From the NCBI GenBank assembly GCA_036555125.1, contig DATBLY010000068.1, positions 1 to 58,289 on the forward strand: DNA of 58,289 nt. Direction: 5' to 3'. Position 1 is the stretch's first letter, and each line of letters starts with the position of its first letter. A program made the translations under genes and the position numbers. Shown piece by piece: positions 11,132 to 23,726 of the stretch. The stretch is from Actinomycetota bacterium (GTDB lineage Bacteria > Actinomycetota > UBA4738 > HRBIN12). Below the pieces are notes generated by a model that saw only the letters and a list, made by a program, of their open reading frames with translations, searched no databases and was not told the DNA's origin.

Positions 11132-12373
11132 TCACGCCCCGGATGCGACCCGGCCGGGCACCCCGGGATCCCGCATGCGCAGCACGATCAGGAGGACCAC
11201 GGCGACCACCGCGGCGAGGCCGATCCCGAGCGGCCCGAACCCGTAGGCCTCGAGGACCAAGCCTCCGGCCAATCCCGCGACCGCCGAGCAGAGGCTCACC
11301 AGCAGGTCGGTGAACCCGAGGGCGCCGGCCCGCTCGTCCGGCTGCGTCGCGTCGCTGATCACGGCCGTCGCCCCGAGGAAGGTCGCGGACCAGCCGATCC
11401 CGATCGCGAACAGGCCCAGGCCGATGATCCACGCCGATGCTTCCGTCGCCGTGATCATCGCTCCGGTGATGCTCACGACGCATCCCCACACCAACCCGCT
11501 CCGATGCCCCGTCCGGTCCATCCAGCGACCGATCAGGGGGGCGAACGCGAACATCCCGGCGACGTGCACGCTGATCACGACCGAGATCGCCGTGCCGCCG
11601 TGGTGGAGGGCGTGCAGGGCGGTCGGAGTCACACCCATGATCCCCACCATCACGACCTGTCCGACGGCGGCCGCGAGCACGGCGATCCGGAACGCCGGGA
11701 CCCGGAGCAGCTCGCGCGGCGGTCGCCCGCCGGCGGGAGCCCCCGTCTCCACCACGGCCAGGTCCCTCGGGTCGGGCCGGACGCCGAGGACCGCGACGAT
11801 CGCGCCGATCGCCCCCACGGGCACGACGATCCACGGCAGGACCCACGGGTCGAGGCCGCGCGCCTCCGCGACGTCCTGCAGGAGGGCGACCAAGAGCGGG
11901 CCGCCGATCGCGCCGATCGTCCCGATCGCCAGGAGCCAGCCGATCGCCCGACCACGCTCTTGCGGCGGGTACATGTCCGCCACCGCAGCCCGGCCGAGGT
12001 TCGCCCCGCCCGAGGCGAGGCCGAACGGGATCGCGCACGCGAGCAGCAGCGCGAAGGAGTCCGCGACGATCGCGAGGGCCGACCCGACGCCGGCGACCGC
12101 GCTCAACGCGTAGGCGAGCAGGAGCCCCGGCCGACGACCGACCCGGTCCATCCATCGCCCGATCGCGATCGCGCCGACGGCGGCCGCGCAGAAGTACACG
12201 GCCCACAGCAGGCCGGTGGCCCCGTCGTTGCCGGTCATCTCGCTCGCCGCCACCGCGCCGATCACCAACAGCGGTGGGAAGCTCAGCTGGATCGCGCCCT
12301 GCGCCACGACCAGGCGGTGGGTGTTCCGTCGGACGAGCCGCTCCCGATCCCCGATCGCCGGAGCCTGCTCCAC
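11132..12373 (-). CDS. MFS transporter
   Basis: This is the C-terminal part of the 953-aa composite ORF, with about 12 TM segments and the MFS motif GRWMDRVGRRPG (repeated as GRWMDRTGHRSG). I chose GTG at 12373, which has GAGGAG 8 nt upstream and lies 11 nt after the upstream gene's stop. Confidence 0.8.
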   Translation of the reverse strand: MEQAPAIGDRERLVRRNTHRLVVAQGAIQLSFPPLLVIGAVAASEMTGNDGATGLLWAVYFCAAAVGAIAIGRWMDRVGRRPGLLLAYALSAVAGVGSALAIVADSFALLLACAIPFGLASGGANLGRAAVADMYPPQERGRAIGWLLAIGTIGAIGGPLLVALLQDVAEARGLDPWVLPWIVVPVGAIGAIVAVLGVRPDPRDLAVVETGAPAGGRPPRELLRVPAFRIAVLAAAVGQVVMVGIMGVTPTALHALHHGGTAISVVISVHVAGMFAFAPLIGRWMDRTGHRSGLVWGCVVSITGAMITATEASAWIIGLGLFAIGIGWSATFLGATAVISDATQPDERAGALGFTDLLVSLCSAVAGLAGGLVLEAYGFGPLGIGLAAVVAVVLLIVLRMRDPGVPGRVASGA

Positions 12374-12384
12374 GCCGGATCTCC

Positions 12385-14040
12385 TCAGATCGACTCGGTG
12401 AGCGCACCGAGCCGCTCGATCAGCTCGGCGTTGGCCCCGTAGTCGACGGGACACGCGATCACCGACACGACGTCGTCGTCGAGGGCCTTCCGCAGCGTGG
12501 GCAGCAGCTCGCCGGCCGCACCGATCGCGTACCCCCGCGCGCCGAAGCTCTCGGCGAGCCGGACGAAGTCGGGGTTCCCGAACGACACCGCGGATCGGCG
12601 CGAGAAGTGGATGTCCTGCTTCCACCCGATCAGGCCGTACCCGCCGTCGACCCACACCAGGACGACGAACGGCACGCGCTCGCGGACGGCGGTCTCCAGC
12701 TCGGCCACGCTCATCAGGAAGGCGCCGTCCCCGATCGCCGCCAGGACCCTCCGCTCGGGATGCACGAGCTTGGCCGCGAACGCCCCGGGCAGCGAGAACG
12801 CCATCGTGGCGAGGCCGTTGGAGATCAGGCAGGTGTTCGGGCGATACGTCGGATACAGGCGCGCCATCCACATCTTCGCCGCCCCCGTGTCGCACAGGAC
12901 GATGTCGTCCTGGCCCATCGCCGCGCGGATGTCCGCGACGATCCGGGGCGGCCGCAGCGGGAAGCGGTCGTCGCCGGCGCCCCGCTCGAGCTCCTCGCCC
13001 ACCAACCCGCGGACGGGCGGGGACCACCCGCGCACCGCGTGGACGTCCGAGGCGGAGGCGATCGCGTCGAGCGCCTCCCCGATGCTGCCCTGGAGGCCGA
13101 CCGCCAGGGTGTAGTTCGCGTCGACCTCGGCGATCGTGCGGTGGACGTGCACGATCCGCTTGTCGCGGTTCGGGTTCCACCGTGCCGGCGAGTACTCGAC
13201 CAGGTCGTACCCGACGGCCACCACCACGTCGGCGCGGTCGAAGCCGAAGTTCGCGTAGTCCTTGACCATGAAGCCGATCGTCCCCAGGGCGTTCGGGTGG
13301 TCGTCGGGGAACACCCCCTTGCCCAGGAACGTCGTGGCGACCGGGACGTTCAGCTGCTCGGAGAACCGGACCAGGGCCGAGCCGGCATCGTCGCGGGCCA
13401 CCCCGGGGCCCGCGAGGACGACGGGATGCTCGGCTCCCTCCAGCACCTCCACCGCCCGCATCACCTGCTCGTCGGCGGGCGCCGGGTCGCGCGGCACGTT
13501 GACGGGGAGCGGCGACCCGTCGGCGGTGCGCTCGGCGACGTCTTCCGGGACCACCAGGAACGTCGCCCCCGGCCGCTCGGTCTGGGCCTGCTTGAACGCC
13601 TTGCGGACCATCTCGGGCGCCGCCTCCGGCACGGTCAGCATCCCGCCCCACTTCGTCACGGGGTGATAGAGGCCCACGATGTCGACGAACTGGTGCGACT
13701 CCTTGTAGATCCGGTTCAGCCCCCCCTGCGCGGTGATCGCGACGAGCGGGTGGGAGTCGAGCTGCGCGTTCGCGATCCCGAGCATCAGGTTGATCGCGCC
13801 CGGGCCGAGCGTCGCCAGGCACACGCCGGCCTTGCCGGTGACCGCCCCGTACGTGTCTGCCATGAAGGCGGCGCCGCGCTCGTCGCGCGTGGTCACGAAC
13901 CGGATCGTCGAGTCCGCCAGGGCGTCGATCACGTGGAGGTTCTCCTCGCCGGGCAGCCCGAACACGTACTCCACGCCCTCGTTCTCGAGGCACTCGACGA
14001 TCAGCCGCGCGACGGTGCGCGGGCGAGGCGTCTCGGTCAT
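12385..14040 (-). CDS. Thiamine-diphosphate enzyme, acetolactate synthase-like (AlsS/IlvB family)
   Basis: The 551-aa ORF has an N-terminal Pyr domain (GVEYVFGLPGEENL...LATLGPGAINL) and the ThDP-binding motif GDGAFLMS...N. Confidence 0.8.
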   Translation of the reverse strand: MTETPRPRTVARLIVECLENEGVEYVFGLPGEENLHVIDALADSTIRFVTTRDERGAAFMADTYGAVTGKAGVCLATLGPGAINLMLGIANAQLDSHPLVAITAQGGLNRIYKESHQFVDIVGLYHPVTKWGGMLTVPEAAPEMVRKAFKQAQTERPGATFLVVPEDVAERTADGSPLPVNVPRDPAPADEQVMRAVEVLEGAEHPVVLAGPGVARDDAGSALVRFSEQLNVPVATTFLGKGVFPDDHPNALGTIGFMVKDYANFGFDRADVVVAVGYDLVEYSPARWNPNRDKRIVHVHRTIAEVDANYTLAVGLQGSIGEALDAIASASDVHAVRGWSPPVRGLVGEELERGAGDDRFPLRPPRIVADIRAAMGQDDIVLCDTGAAKMWMARLYPTYRPNTCLISNGLATMAFSLPGAFAAKLVHPERRVLAAIGDGAFLMSVAELETAVRERVPFVVLVWVDGGYGLIGWKQDIHFSRRSAVSFGNPDFVRLAESFGARGYAIGAAGELLPTLRKALDDDVVSVIACPVDYGANAELIERLGALTESI

Positions 14041-14049
14041 CCCGCCAGG

Positions 14050-14514
14050 CTAGACGACCTGGCGCGTGAGCTGCGCGTGCCCCACGTGCTCCCGCAGGTG
14101 CGCCAGCGCGTGGATCAGGGCCCAGGCCGCGGCCACGGGCTCATCGGCCAGCGCTCCGGGGCGCCACGGGGCGAGCCCCGTCCGGGCCGGATCGAAGGGC
14201 TGCTCCGTCGCGAGGAGCGTCCGGCACTCGGCGGCGAGCGCGTCGACGTCGCGGAGGAACCCCTCGGGATCATCGACCACGACCGCGAACTCCGCGGGGC
14301 GGTCGCGTGGCGGGAGCGGCTGGCCGAGTGCCAGGCACAGCCAGGCCCGGGTGCTGTGGAGGGCGTGCGTCGCCAGGACGGCGAGCCCGTTCGTATCGTC
14401 GCCGGCCGGGCGGCGGTTCAGCTGCTCGGCGGTGCACCCCTCGACCGCCGCGCGGAGCTGCTCGAGGGAGTCGTCCAGGATCTCGCGGGCCGCCTCGACC
14501 GTGGGATCCGGCAC
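14050..14514 (-). CDS. DinB-superfamily protein
   Basis: The 154-aa ORF is a helical bundle with His motifs (ATHALHSTR...LAHLREHVGH) typical of DinB/mycothiol-dependent enzyme-like proteins. Confidence 0.6.
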   Translation of the reverse strand: MPDPTVEAAREILDDSLEQLRAAVEGCTAEQLNRRPAGDDTNGLAVLATHALHSTRAWLCLALGQPLPPRDRPAEFAVVVDDPEGFLRDVDALAAECRTLLATEQPFDPARTGLAPWRPGALADEPVAAAWALIHALAHLREHVGHAQLTRQVV

Positions 14515-14515
14515 G

Positions 14516-15232
14516 TCAGCTGATCTCGATCATCTTCTCGCGCACGGCGTACACGACCGCCTCCATGCGCGAGTGCAGGTGGAGCTTCTCCAGGATGTTG
14601 CGGATGTGGTTCTTCACCGTGTTCTCCGAGATGAAGAGCTCCTTCGCGATGTCCCGGTTGTTGAGCCCCTGGGCCACGAGCCGAAGGACCTCCATCTCCC
14701 GGTCGGTGAGCCGCGGCGCCGGCATCTGCGGACGCTCGTCCGTGGCCTTCGACATCGCCGCGAACTCCGTGAGCAGCTTCGACGCCATCGAGGGCGAGAT
14801 CCTCGACTGGCCCGCCCACACGGACCGGATCGCGTCCGCGACCTCCTCGATCGGGATCTCCTTCAGCAGGTAGCCGGACGCGCCCGCCTTGATCGCGTCG
14901 TACAGGTCGGCCTCCTCGTCGCTGATCGTGAGCATCAGGATCTTCACGTGGGGCAGGAGGTCCTTGATCTCGCCGGCGGCCTCGATCCCCGAGCGTTTCG
15001 GCATGCGGACGTCCATCAGGACGACGTCGGGCATCAGCTCGGTCACCTTCTCGACGGCTTCGGCCCCGTCGGACGCCTCGCCGACGAGCTCCAGGTCGGG
15101 CTCGTTCTGCAGGACCATCTCCAGGCCCCGGCGGAACAGGGCGTGGTCGTCGACGACCATCACGCGCAGCCGGTCGGCCGCAGATGGGTCGTCGTCGGGT
15201 GCAGGCATGTCGTCGTTCTCCAAGCGGCTCAC
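14516..15232 (-). CDS. NarL/LuxR-family two-component response regulator (no kinase adjacent)
   Basis: The 238-aa ORF has a receiver domain (VMVVDDH...VVLMDVRMP...KILMLT...GASGYLLK) and a C-terminal LuxR HTH (LTDREMEVLRLVAQGLNNRDIAKELFISENTVKNHIRNI). The GTG start has GGGGAG upstream; ATG at codon 9 is an alternative. Confidence 0.9.
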   Translation of the reverse strand: MSRLENDDMPAPDDDPSAADRLRVMVVDDHALFRRGLEMVLQNEPDLELVGEASDGAEAVEKVTELMPDVVLMDVRMPKRSGIEAAGEIKDLLPHVKILMLTISDEEADLYDAIKAGASGYLLKEIPIEEVADAIRSVWAGQSRISPSMASKLLTEFAAMSKATDERPQMPAPRLTDREMEVLRLVAQGLNNRDIAKELFISENTVKNHIRNILEKLHLHSRMEAVVYAVREKMIEIS

Positions 15233-15260
15233 GCGATCACTCCCCGGTCGGGCGACGGAA

Positions 15261-15650
15261 CTACTCCTCGGCGGTATCGGCAGGACCGGGGGTCCGACTT
15301 GCGGAGTCTAGAGGATTCTTCTTGCCCGACCTGCGGAACCGCCGGAACAGGCGCGAGCGCCGCTTCCCGTGGTGATCGCGGAGCTGTCGCTCCAGGCGGT
15401 CGGTCAGCCGGTCGAGGGCCGTCTGCACGTCCTCGGCTTCGGCGTGCGCCCGGAAGGACTTCCGCGGGGTGTGCATCGCGGCCTCGACCCGTTTCGTCCC
15501 GTCGAGCGTGGGATGGCTCTCGGAGATGAACTCCAGGTCGATGCGGATGACGCGCGGATCCATCCGCTCGAGGCGCGCGAGCTTGTGCCGCGCCGTCTCC
15601 TTGAGCTCGTCGTCCACCGTCACGCCTCGGCCGGTGAACGTCAGCTCCAC
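15261..15650 (-). CDS. hpf: Ribosome hibernation-promoting factor / RaiA family (short form)
   Basis: The sequence reads VELTFTGRGVTVDDELKETARHKLARLERM...RIDLEF...KRVEAAM...AEDVQTALDRLTDRLERQLR. I chose the GTG start 8 nt after GAAGGAGG; the track ORF extends to 15716. Confidence 0.8.
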   Translation of the reverse strand: MELTFTGRGVTVDDELKETARHKLARLERMDPRVIRIDLEFISESHPTLDGTKRVEAAMHTPRKSFRAHAEAEDVQTALDRLTDRLERQLRDHHGKRRSRLFRRFRRSGKKNPLDSASRTPGPADTAEE

Positions 15651-15789
15651 GCGCTCGACCTCCTTCGCCTGCGGTGATGGACTCCCGCCCGGCTGACCTG
15701 GTCTTTGCCCCCACACTCGCCTGCAGAGGGGATCGCCGGCCCGAGGGCCGGCTTAGCGCCTTCTCCCGGTCTCCCGGGGCAGGACTTAC

Positions 15790-15818
15790 ATCTAAACCGC
15801 GCCATGCTCGACGACCAA
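15790..15818 (-). promoter_or_regulatory. Candidate sigma-70-type promoter for hpf (TTGGTC-N17-TTAGAT)
   Basis: The minus strand reads TTGGTC gtcgagcatggcgcggt TTAGAT in the 210-nt comF-hpf spacer, the only AT-richer patch there. There is no experimental support. Confidence 0.3.
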
Positions 15819-15860
15819 CGGTCGCCTTACGTGGGTCGCTTCGCCCGCGGCTGGCGTCGA

Positions 15861-16631
15861 CTACCGGGGAGGATCCCCGGGCAACCACAGACCCGGACGA
15901 GAGCCCGGCCGAGTATATGCACGCCCCGCCTCCCGGAAGCGAGCCCCCGACCGTGCCGCCGCCACGCCCCGCGGCCGCAGCGACCGCGCGGCGGTGGCCA
16001 GCACCACGGTGGTCGCCCCGCCCTCCCGCAGGGCCCGCGCGCAGTCGCCCGCCGTGGCACCGGTCGTGAGGACGTCGTCGACCAGCAGCACCCGGGGCGG
16101 AACCTCGCGCCCGAGCGGGGCGAAGACGCCTCGCATCGCGTCCCGCCGTTCCGGGCCGCTCCGCCGCGCCTGCGAGCCCGCGACCGGACCCCGGCGACAG
16201 AGCCGGACCACCGGGCGGTCGAGACGACGGCCGACCGCGAGCGCCAGGGCACGCGCCTGGTCGTAGCCGCGCTCCCCCAGTCGCCGTCGGGCGAGGGGCA
16301 CCCAGGTCACGGCGTCGACCGCCGGCAGCTCGATCGTCACCACCGCGTCCGCGAGCGCCGCGGCGACGCTCCGCCACCCCGAGAACTTCAGGCGGTGGAT
16401 CGCGTCCTTCGCGGGCCCGGCGAACCGGAAGGGCGCGCGGGCGAGATCGATCGTGGACGGCGGACAGTCCACGCACGACGGGAGGTCCGCGCCCGGCGCC
16501 CCGCACCGCCTGCACCACGGCGGTGTCGTCGCCTCGAGCGCCCGACGGCATCCCGAACAGAACGGCCAGGGCCCGCGGCCGCAGCCGGCGCACCGCGGTG
16601 GGAAGACGACCTGGAGCGCCCGATCGAGCAC
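15861..16631 (-). CDS. comF: ComF-family phosphoribosyltransferase-domain protein
   Basis: The 256-aa ORF has an N-terminal double CxxC (PPRCAGCG...CSGC...CRRCG...CVDC) and the PRTase motif VLLVDDVLTTGAT. Confidence 0.85.
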   Translation of the reverse strand: MLDRALQVVFPPRCAGCGRGPWPFCSGCRRALEATTPPWCRRCGAPGADLPSCVDCPPSTIDLARAPFRFAGPAKDAIHRLKFSGWRSVAAALADAVVTIELPAVDAVTWVPLARRRLGERGYDQARALALAVGRRLDRPVVRLCRRGPVAGSQARRSGPERRDAMRGVFAPLGREVPPRVLLVDDVLTTGATAGDCARALREGGATTVVLATAARSLRPRGVAAARSGARFREAGRAYTRPGSRPGLWLPGDPPR

Positions 16632-16659
16632 CCGGCGACGCTACGCCGGGCCGCCGACA

Positions 16660-19391
<2,732 letters not shown>

Positions 19392-19395
<4 letters not shown>

Positions 19396-20456
19396 CCGGC
19401 GCCACCCGCCAGCGCGGCCTTCAGGCGCTCGATCACCTCGACGGGCGTCGGATCGATGGCGTGCGCCAACGCCACGTAGACGCTCGTCAGGTCTCCCACG
19501 GCGATCAGGGACATCAGCTGCGCCAACGGCGACGCGCCCTCCCCCCAGACCTCGTCGGTGAGCGCGCCGGCGCCCCGCGCGACGTCGAGGGAGAGCGGGA
19601 ACCGCGGCGGGAGCTCCGGATCCTCGTCCGCGTGGCGCAGCGCGATCACGAACGACCGGTCGCCGTTCCGGTCGGCCCAACCCACCAGCTCGTTGTGGTC
19701 GAGCTCCGACATCGACGACCACCATGCCGGGATCTTGGCGTTCTCGTTCAGCTGCGTCTTCCAGCGCATCGCGGCGACGGCGCCGATGCCGTCGGCACCC
19801 CAGATCACCGGCGTCCGATCCGCGATCCGCGTCGCGAGCCCCTTCGCCGGGTTCCGCTCCGTGGGCACGCCCGGGGCGGACCCGGCCATCACGTCGGCGA
19901 CCCGGTCGATCGCCTCGCTCACATCGTCCTCGAGCCTGGGAAGGAGCCCCGTCGACGCGAGCGCGCCGAGCGACGCGAACCCCAGGTGCCCCAGGGCCGC
20001 CCGCGGCTGCGCGCCGCCGGGGACGGGCACGACCGGGATCCCGGCGGTGCTCGCCTCGTCCGCGATCGTGCCGCCCGACGTGATCACCAGCACGCGGCAT
20101 CCGCGGACGACGGCTTCCCGGAAGCTCGCGAGGGTCTCGGCCGTGTTGCCCGAGTAGGAGGAGCACACCACGAGCGTGTGCGGGCCCGCGTACTCGGGCA
20201 GGACCGGCGATCGGTTGACCTCGACCGGAACGCCGAGGCGGCCCCGGAAGACGGACCGGACGACGTCCCCGGCGACGGCCGACCCCCCCATGCCGCAGAA
20301 CAGCACCGCCGTCGCCCCGTCGGCCGTCGGAAGGTCGCCGATCGCACGCGACGCGTCGAACGCGGCCCGGCAGTCGCGCGGGAGCCCGAGCACCGCCCCG
20401 AGCATGTCCTGCGGGTCGCCCGACCGTAGGGCCTCGACATCGTCGAGGTTCGTCAC
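19392..20456 (-). CDS. SIS-domain bifunctional phosphoglucose/phosphomannose isomerase
   Basis: I trimmed to the GTG overlapping the trm112 stop. The sequence reads ...VLFCGMGGSAVAGDV...VCSSYSGNTAETL..., with the C-terminal PGI/PMI domain. Confidence 0.8.
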
Positions 20457-20635
20457 CGGCGCCCGCCCGCGGGCTTCTCGGCCTCGTCGATCAACATCAC
20501 GGGGATGTCGTCGCGGACCGGATACCGGTACCCGCACGTCCGGCAGACGATGACCTGTTCGGCCTCGTGGTAGTCGATCTCGCCCCGGTCGTTCGGGCAG
20601 ACGAGGATCTCGAGCAGCTGCGGGTCGAGCGTCAC
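20453..20635 (-). CDS. Trm112-family small zinc-ribbon-like protein
   Basis: The 60-aa product reads VTLDPQLLEILVCPNDRGEIDYH...VCRTCGYRYPVRDDIPVMLIDEA. Its GTG start overlaps the manB stop. Confidence 0.8.
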   Translation of the reverse strand: MTLDPQLLEILVCPNDRGEIDYHEAEQVIVCRTCGYRYPVRDDIPVMLIDEAEKPAGGRR

Positions 20636-21999
20636 GTGTCGTCTCCTCCCTCGGGACCGCGGATCAGCCGGAGCAGCGTCGAGGTCCGTTCCTCGAGGAG
20701 CTCGGCGGTCCGAGCCTCGACGTTCAGGCGCAGCAGCGGCTCCGTGTTGGACGGACGCACGTTGCACCACCAGTCGTCGAACTCTACCGTCAGCCCGTCG
20801 AGCCGATCCTGACGTCCCTCGGCGAGCGCGGTGGCGATCTCCTCGATCTTGGCCCGCGGATCCTCGACCGTGGAGTTGATCTCCCCCGAGTCGAAGTAGC
20901 GGCGGAACGGGCGCAGCAGCTCGGACAACGACACGCCGGCACCGGAGAGCTCCCCCAGCACGACGACGGCCGCGATCAGCCCCGAGTCCGCCCGGTAGTT
21001 CTCGCGGAAGTAGTAGTGGCCCGAGTGCTCGCCGCCGAAGATCGCGCCCGTCTCCGCCATCACGTCCTTGATGAAGGAGTGGCCGACGCGGGTCCGGAAG
21101 GGGACGCCGCCTTCCTCGCGGATCACCTCGGGGACCACCCAGGAGCAGATGAGGTTGTACAGGATCGTCGCGCCCGGCTCCCGCCGGAGCATCGCGCGCG
21201 CCACGAGCGCGGTGACGAGCGAGCCGCTCACGTCCTCCGCGCGCTCGTCCACCAGGAACACGCGATCCGCGTCGCCGTCGAAGGCGAGGCCGATGTCGGC
21301 GCCCTGCTCGGTCACCGCCGCCCGCAGGAACCGCTGGTTCTCCGGATCGATCGGATCCGCGGGATGGTTGGGGAAGGTCCCGTCGAGCTCGGGGAACAGG
21401 TACGTGACCGTCACGGGAAGGCGTTCGAGGACCGCCGGCGCGACCAGCCCGCCCATCCCGTTGGCGGTGTCGACCGCGAGGCGGAGCGGGCGGATCGCGT
21501 CGACGTCGACGAACCCCAGCACGTGCTCCACGTAACGGTCGAGCAGGTCGCGCCGTTCCACGGATCCCCGATCGGGGACCGGCGGCGGCTCCGGCGCCTC
21601 GACCGCGGCCCGGATCTCGCGCAGCCCCGTGTCCTGTCCGACCGGCTTCGCGCCGGCCAGACAGAACTTCAGGCCGTTGTACTCCTTGGGGTTGTGGCTC
21701 GCGGTGATCATGACCCCGGGCAGCCCGAGCGAGCCGGAGGCGAAGTAGAGGAGGTCGGTCGAGGCGAGTCCGAGGTCCACCACGTTCGCGCCGCGGCCGG
21801 TGGCGCCGTCGGCGAACGCCGACGCGAACCCGTCCGAGGAGAGCCGGCTATCCCGCCCGATCAGGATCGACGGGGCGGCGGACCAGTCGGCGAACGCCTG
21901 CCCGATCCGGCGGACGAGGTCCTCGTCCAGGTCGGCCGGGACGACCCCGCGGATGTCGTACGCCTTGAAGACGCGATCGAGATCCGACGAGGTCCGCAC
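20632..21999 (-). CDS. manB: Phosphomannomutase/phosphoglucomutase
   Basis: The 455-aa ORF has the active-site motif TASHNPKEYNG, the metal loop FDGDADR and the sugar loop GGEHSGH. Confidence 0.93.
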   Translation of the reverse strand: MRTSSDLDRVFKAYDIRGVVPADLDEDLVRRIGQAFADWSAAPSILIGRDSRLSSDGFASAFADGATGRGANVVDLGLASTDLLYFASGSLGLPGVMITASHNPKEYNGLKFCLAGAKPVGQDTGLREIRAAVEAPEPPPVPDRGSVERRDLLDRYVEHVLGFVDVDAIRPLRLAVDTANGMGGLVAPAVLERLPVTVTYLFPELDGTFPNHPADPIDPENQRFLRAAVTEQGADIGLAFDGDADRVFLVDERAEDVSGSLVTALVARAMLRREPGATILYNLICSWVVPEVIREEGGVPFRTRVGHSFIKDVMAETGAIFGGEHSGHYYFRENYRADSGLIAAVVVLGELSGAGVSLSELLRPFRRYFDSGEINSTVEDPRAKIEEIATALAEGRQDRLDGLTVEFDDWWCNVRPSNTEPLLRLNVEARTAELLEERTSTLLRLIRGPEGGDDT

Positions 22000-22059
22000 G
22001 ACCGCATCCTACGAAGGTGCCGCGCGCGGCGTCAGGGCGGGGGTGGGACGACGATCCGG

Positions 22060-22242
22060 CTACTTCTGGACCACGAGCCCGATGACGGAGTTGAGCGGGA
22101 CCTGCTCGCCGTCGCGGTACCACCACTTGGCCTCGCAGAGGTGGCACGTCGTGAAGGCGAGGTCGCGCCCGCTCACCGCCATCGTGATGGTGATCAGGTC
22201 GCCGGATCGGCAGTGAGGGCAGCTTCCGTTGGTGTCTGACAT
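22060..22242 (-). CDS. Small four-cysteine zinc-ribbon protein, hypothetical
   Basis: I trimmed to the ATG (MSDTNGSCPHCRSGDL...TTCHLCEAKWWYRDGEQV...). The 60-aa product has CxxC-x21-CxxC and good GC3. Confidence 0.55.
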   Translation of the reverse strand: MSDTNGSCPHCRSGDLITITMAVSGRDLAFTTCHLCEAKWWYRDGEQVPLNSVIGLVVQK

Positions 22243-22401
22243 CGTGCCATCAGGGTGCCCGAAGCTCGCGACCCGGGCCATAGCACGTCGCGGCCGAATC
22301 TCCTGGGCACTCCGAGCGGCGCCTCGCATGGGCCGCGACCACCCGCAGGCATCCCCCGGGGTCCGCGGGCCTCCGTCGAACGACGGAGGGACGTTCGGAC
22401 C

Positions 22402-22614
22402 TCAGCCGGTGAGGGCCGGCGCCGGGTTCCGCAGGTCGCGCACGGTCCAACCGACCGGCGCGGACATGCGGGCGACGTGCTCCTCGCACAGATCCAGCAG
22501 GTTCGGATCGGGTTCGGCGAACAGATCGGCCACGAGGACCTCTCGCTCGTCGTACCGGAGGGAGACCGTGACCGACGGGGCGCTCCCGCATCGCATCTTC
22601 GCGCACCTGCGCAC
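22402..22614 (-). CDS. DUF3499-family protein
   Basis: The 70-aa ORF reads MRRCAKMRCGSAPSVTVSLRYDEREVLVADL...DLCEEH. It resembles the protein conserved next to manB in actinobacteria (the Rv3258c position). Confidence 0.7.
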   Translation of the reverse strand: MRRCAKMRCGSAPSVTVSLRYDEREVLVADLFAEPDPNLLDLCEEHVARMSAPVGWTVRDLRNPAPALTG

Positions 22615-22670
22615 GCGCGCACGCTAGATCACACGGATGTGATCCGCAAGCATCCGGGGACCCGGATCGG

Positions 22671-23726
22671 TCAGACCACGAAGACCCGCGTCCCGATCGG
22701 GACCTGCGGGTACAGCGCCTCGACGTCGGACATGTACATCCGGATGCAGCCGTGGGACGCGTCGGTCCCGATCGAGTTCACGTCGTAGGTCCCGTGGATG
22801 CGGATCCCGGGCGCGTCCAGGTACAGGGCGCGCGTCCCGAGCGGGTTGCCCGGGCCGGGCGGGATCGACATCGGGAGGTCCGCACCCCAGGTGTCCGGCG
22901 CGGGGTTGTACCAGGTGGGGTTCTCCGCCTTGTTGACGATCGTCCACTGGCCCGAGGGGGTCACGTATCCGGCGGCCGCCGTCGCGACCGGGTAGTGATG
23001 CACGAGGTCGAACCCGTCGTAGAGGTACAGCTCGTTGATGCTGCGGTCGACCACGATCGTCTTGCCGAGCCTCGCGTCGGGGATCTTCGGTCGGAGTCCG
23101 TGGACCGGCAGCCGCACGGTGCTCGCGACCTCGTCCAGCGCGGCGAGCAAGCGCTGCGTCGCGAGGTTGCGCCCGAGGGCCTGGCCGCGCCGGGAGTGAT
23201 GGAACGTGACCTCGCCGTCCTCGAACAGCACCTCGGCGTCGACCGGCGCGACGGCGACCTCGTCCGCGACCCGATCGACGAGCGACGAGACCGAGCCGCC
23301 GTCGAACGTGAGCGCCACGTCGACGTCGACCGGCTCGTGTCGCCAGCGGTGCCAGACGCGCGAGAGGAACCCCACCGAGGACGTCGCATCGAGGGCCTCG
23401 TCGACCGCGGTCTCGACGTCGGCGCCCTGCCCGAGCTGGCGCGGCGTGATCGTCCATGCTCGGTCCGCGGCGAGCACCTGGATGGGAGCGTCGAGCCGCC
23501 CGGCGGCCGCCCCCTCGACCGCGTCGATCGCCTGCGAACGCGTCATCCCACCGACGTCGATCCCGCCGACGGTCACCCCGGGAAGGATCCGGTCCGCGGT
23601 CGCGCGATCGTAGCGATAGGCGGCGTACGCGGCGCCGGCGACGGACAGCAGCACGATGGCGGCCGCGACCGTGACGACCACGACCGCGCCCCGGAAGCGT
23701 CGTTTGGCGTGTCTTCCTCGCTCCAT
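22671..23726 (-). CDS. Membrane-anchored L,D-transpeptidase (YkuD domain)
   Basis: The C-terminal catalytic motif is IRIHGTYDVNSIGTDASHGCIRM. There is an N-terminal TM anchor. I chose the internal ATG (MERGRHAKRRF...); the track ORF extends to 23843. Confidence 0.85.
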   Translation of the reverse strand: MERGRHAKRRFRGAVVVVTVAAAIVLLSVAGAAYAAYRYDRATADRILPGVTVGGIDVGGMTRSQAIDAVEGAAAGRLDAPIQVLAADRAWTITPRQLGQGADVETAVDEALDATSSVGFLSRVWHRWRHEPVDVDVALTFDGGSVSSLVDRVADEVAVAPVDAEVLFEDGEVTFHHSRRGQALGRNLATQRLLAALDEVASTVRLPVHGLRPKIPDARLGKTIVVDRSINELYLYDGFDLVHHYPVATAAAGYVTPSGQWTIVNKAENPTWYNPAPDTWGADLPMSIPPGPGNPLGTRALYLDAPGIRIHGTYDVNSIGTDASHGCIRMYMSDVEALYPQVPIGTRVFVV

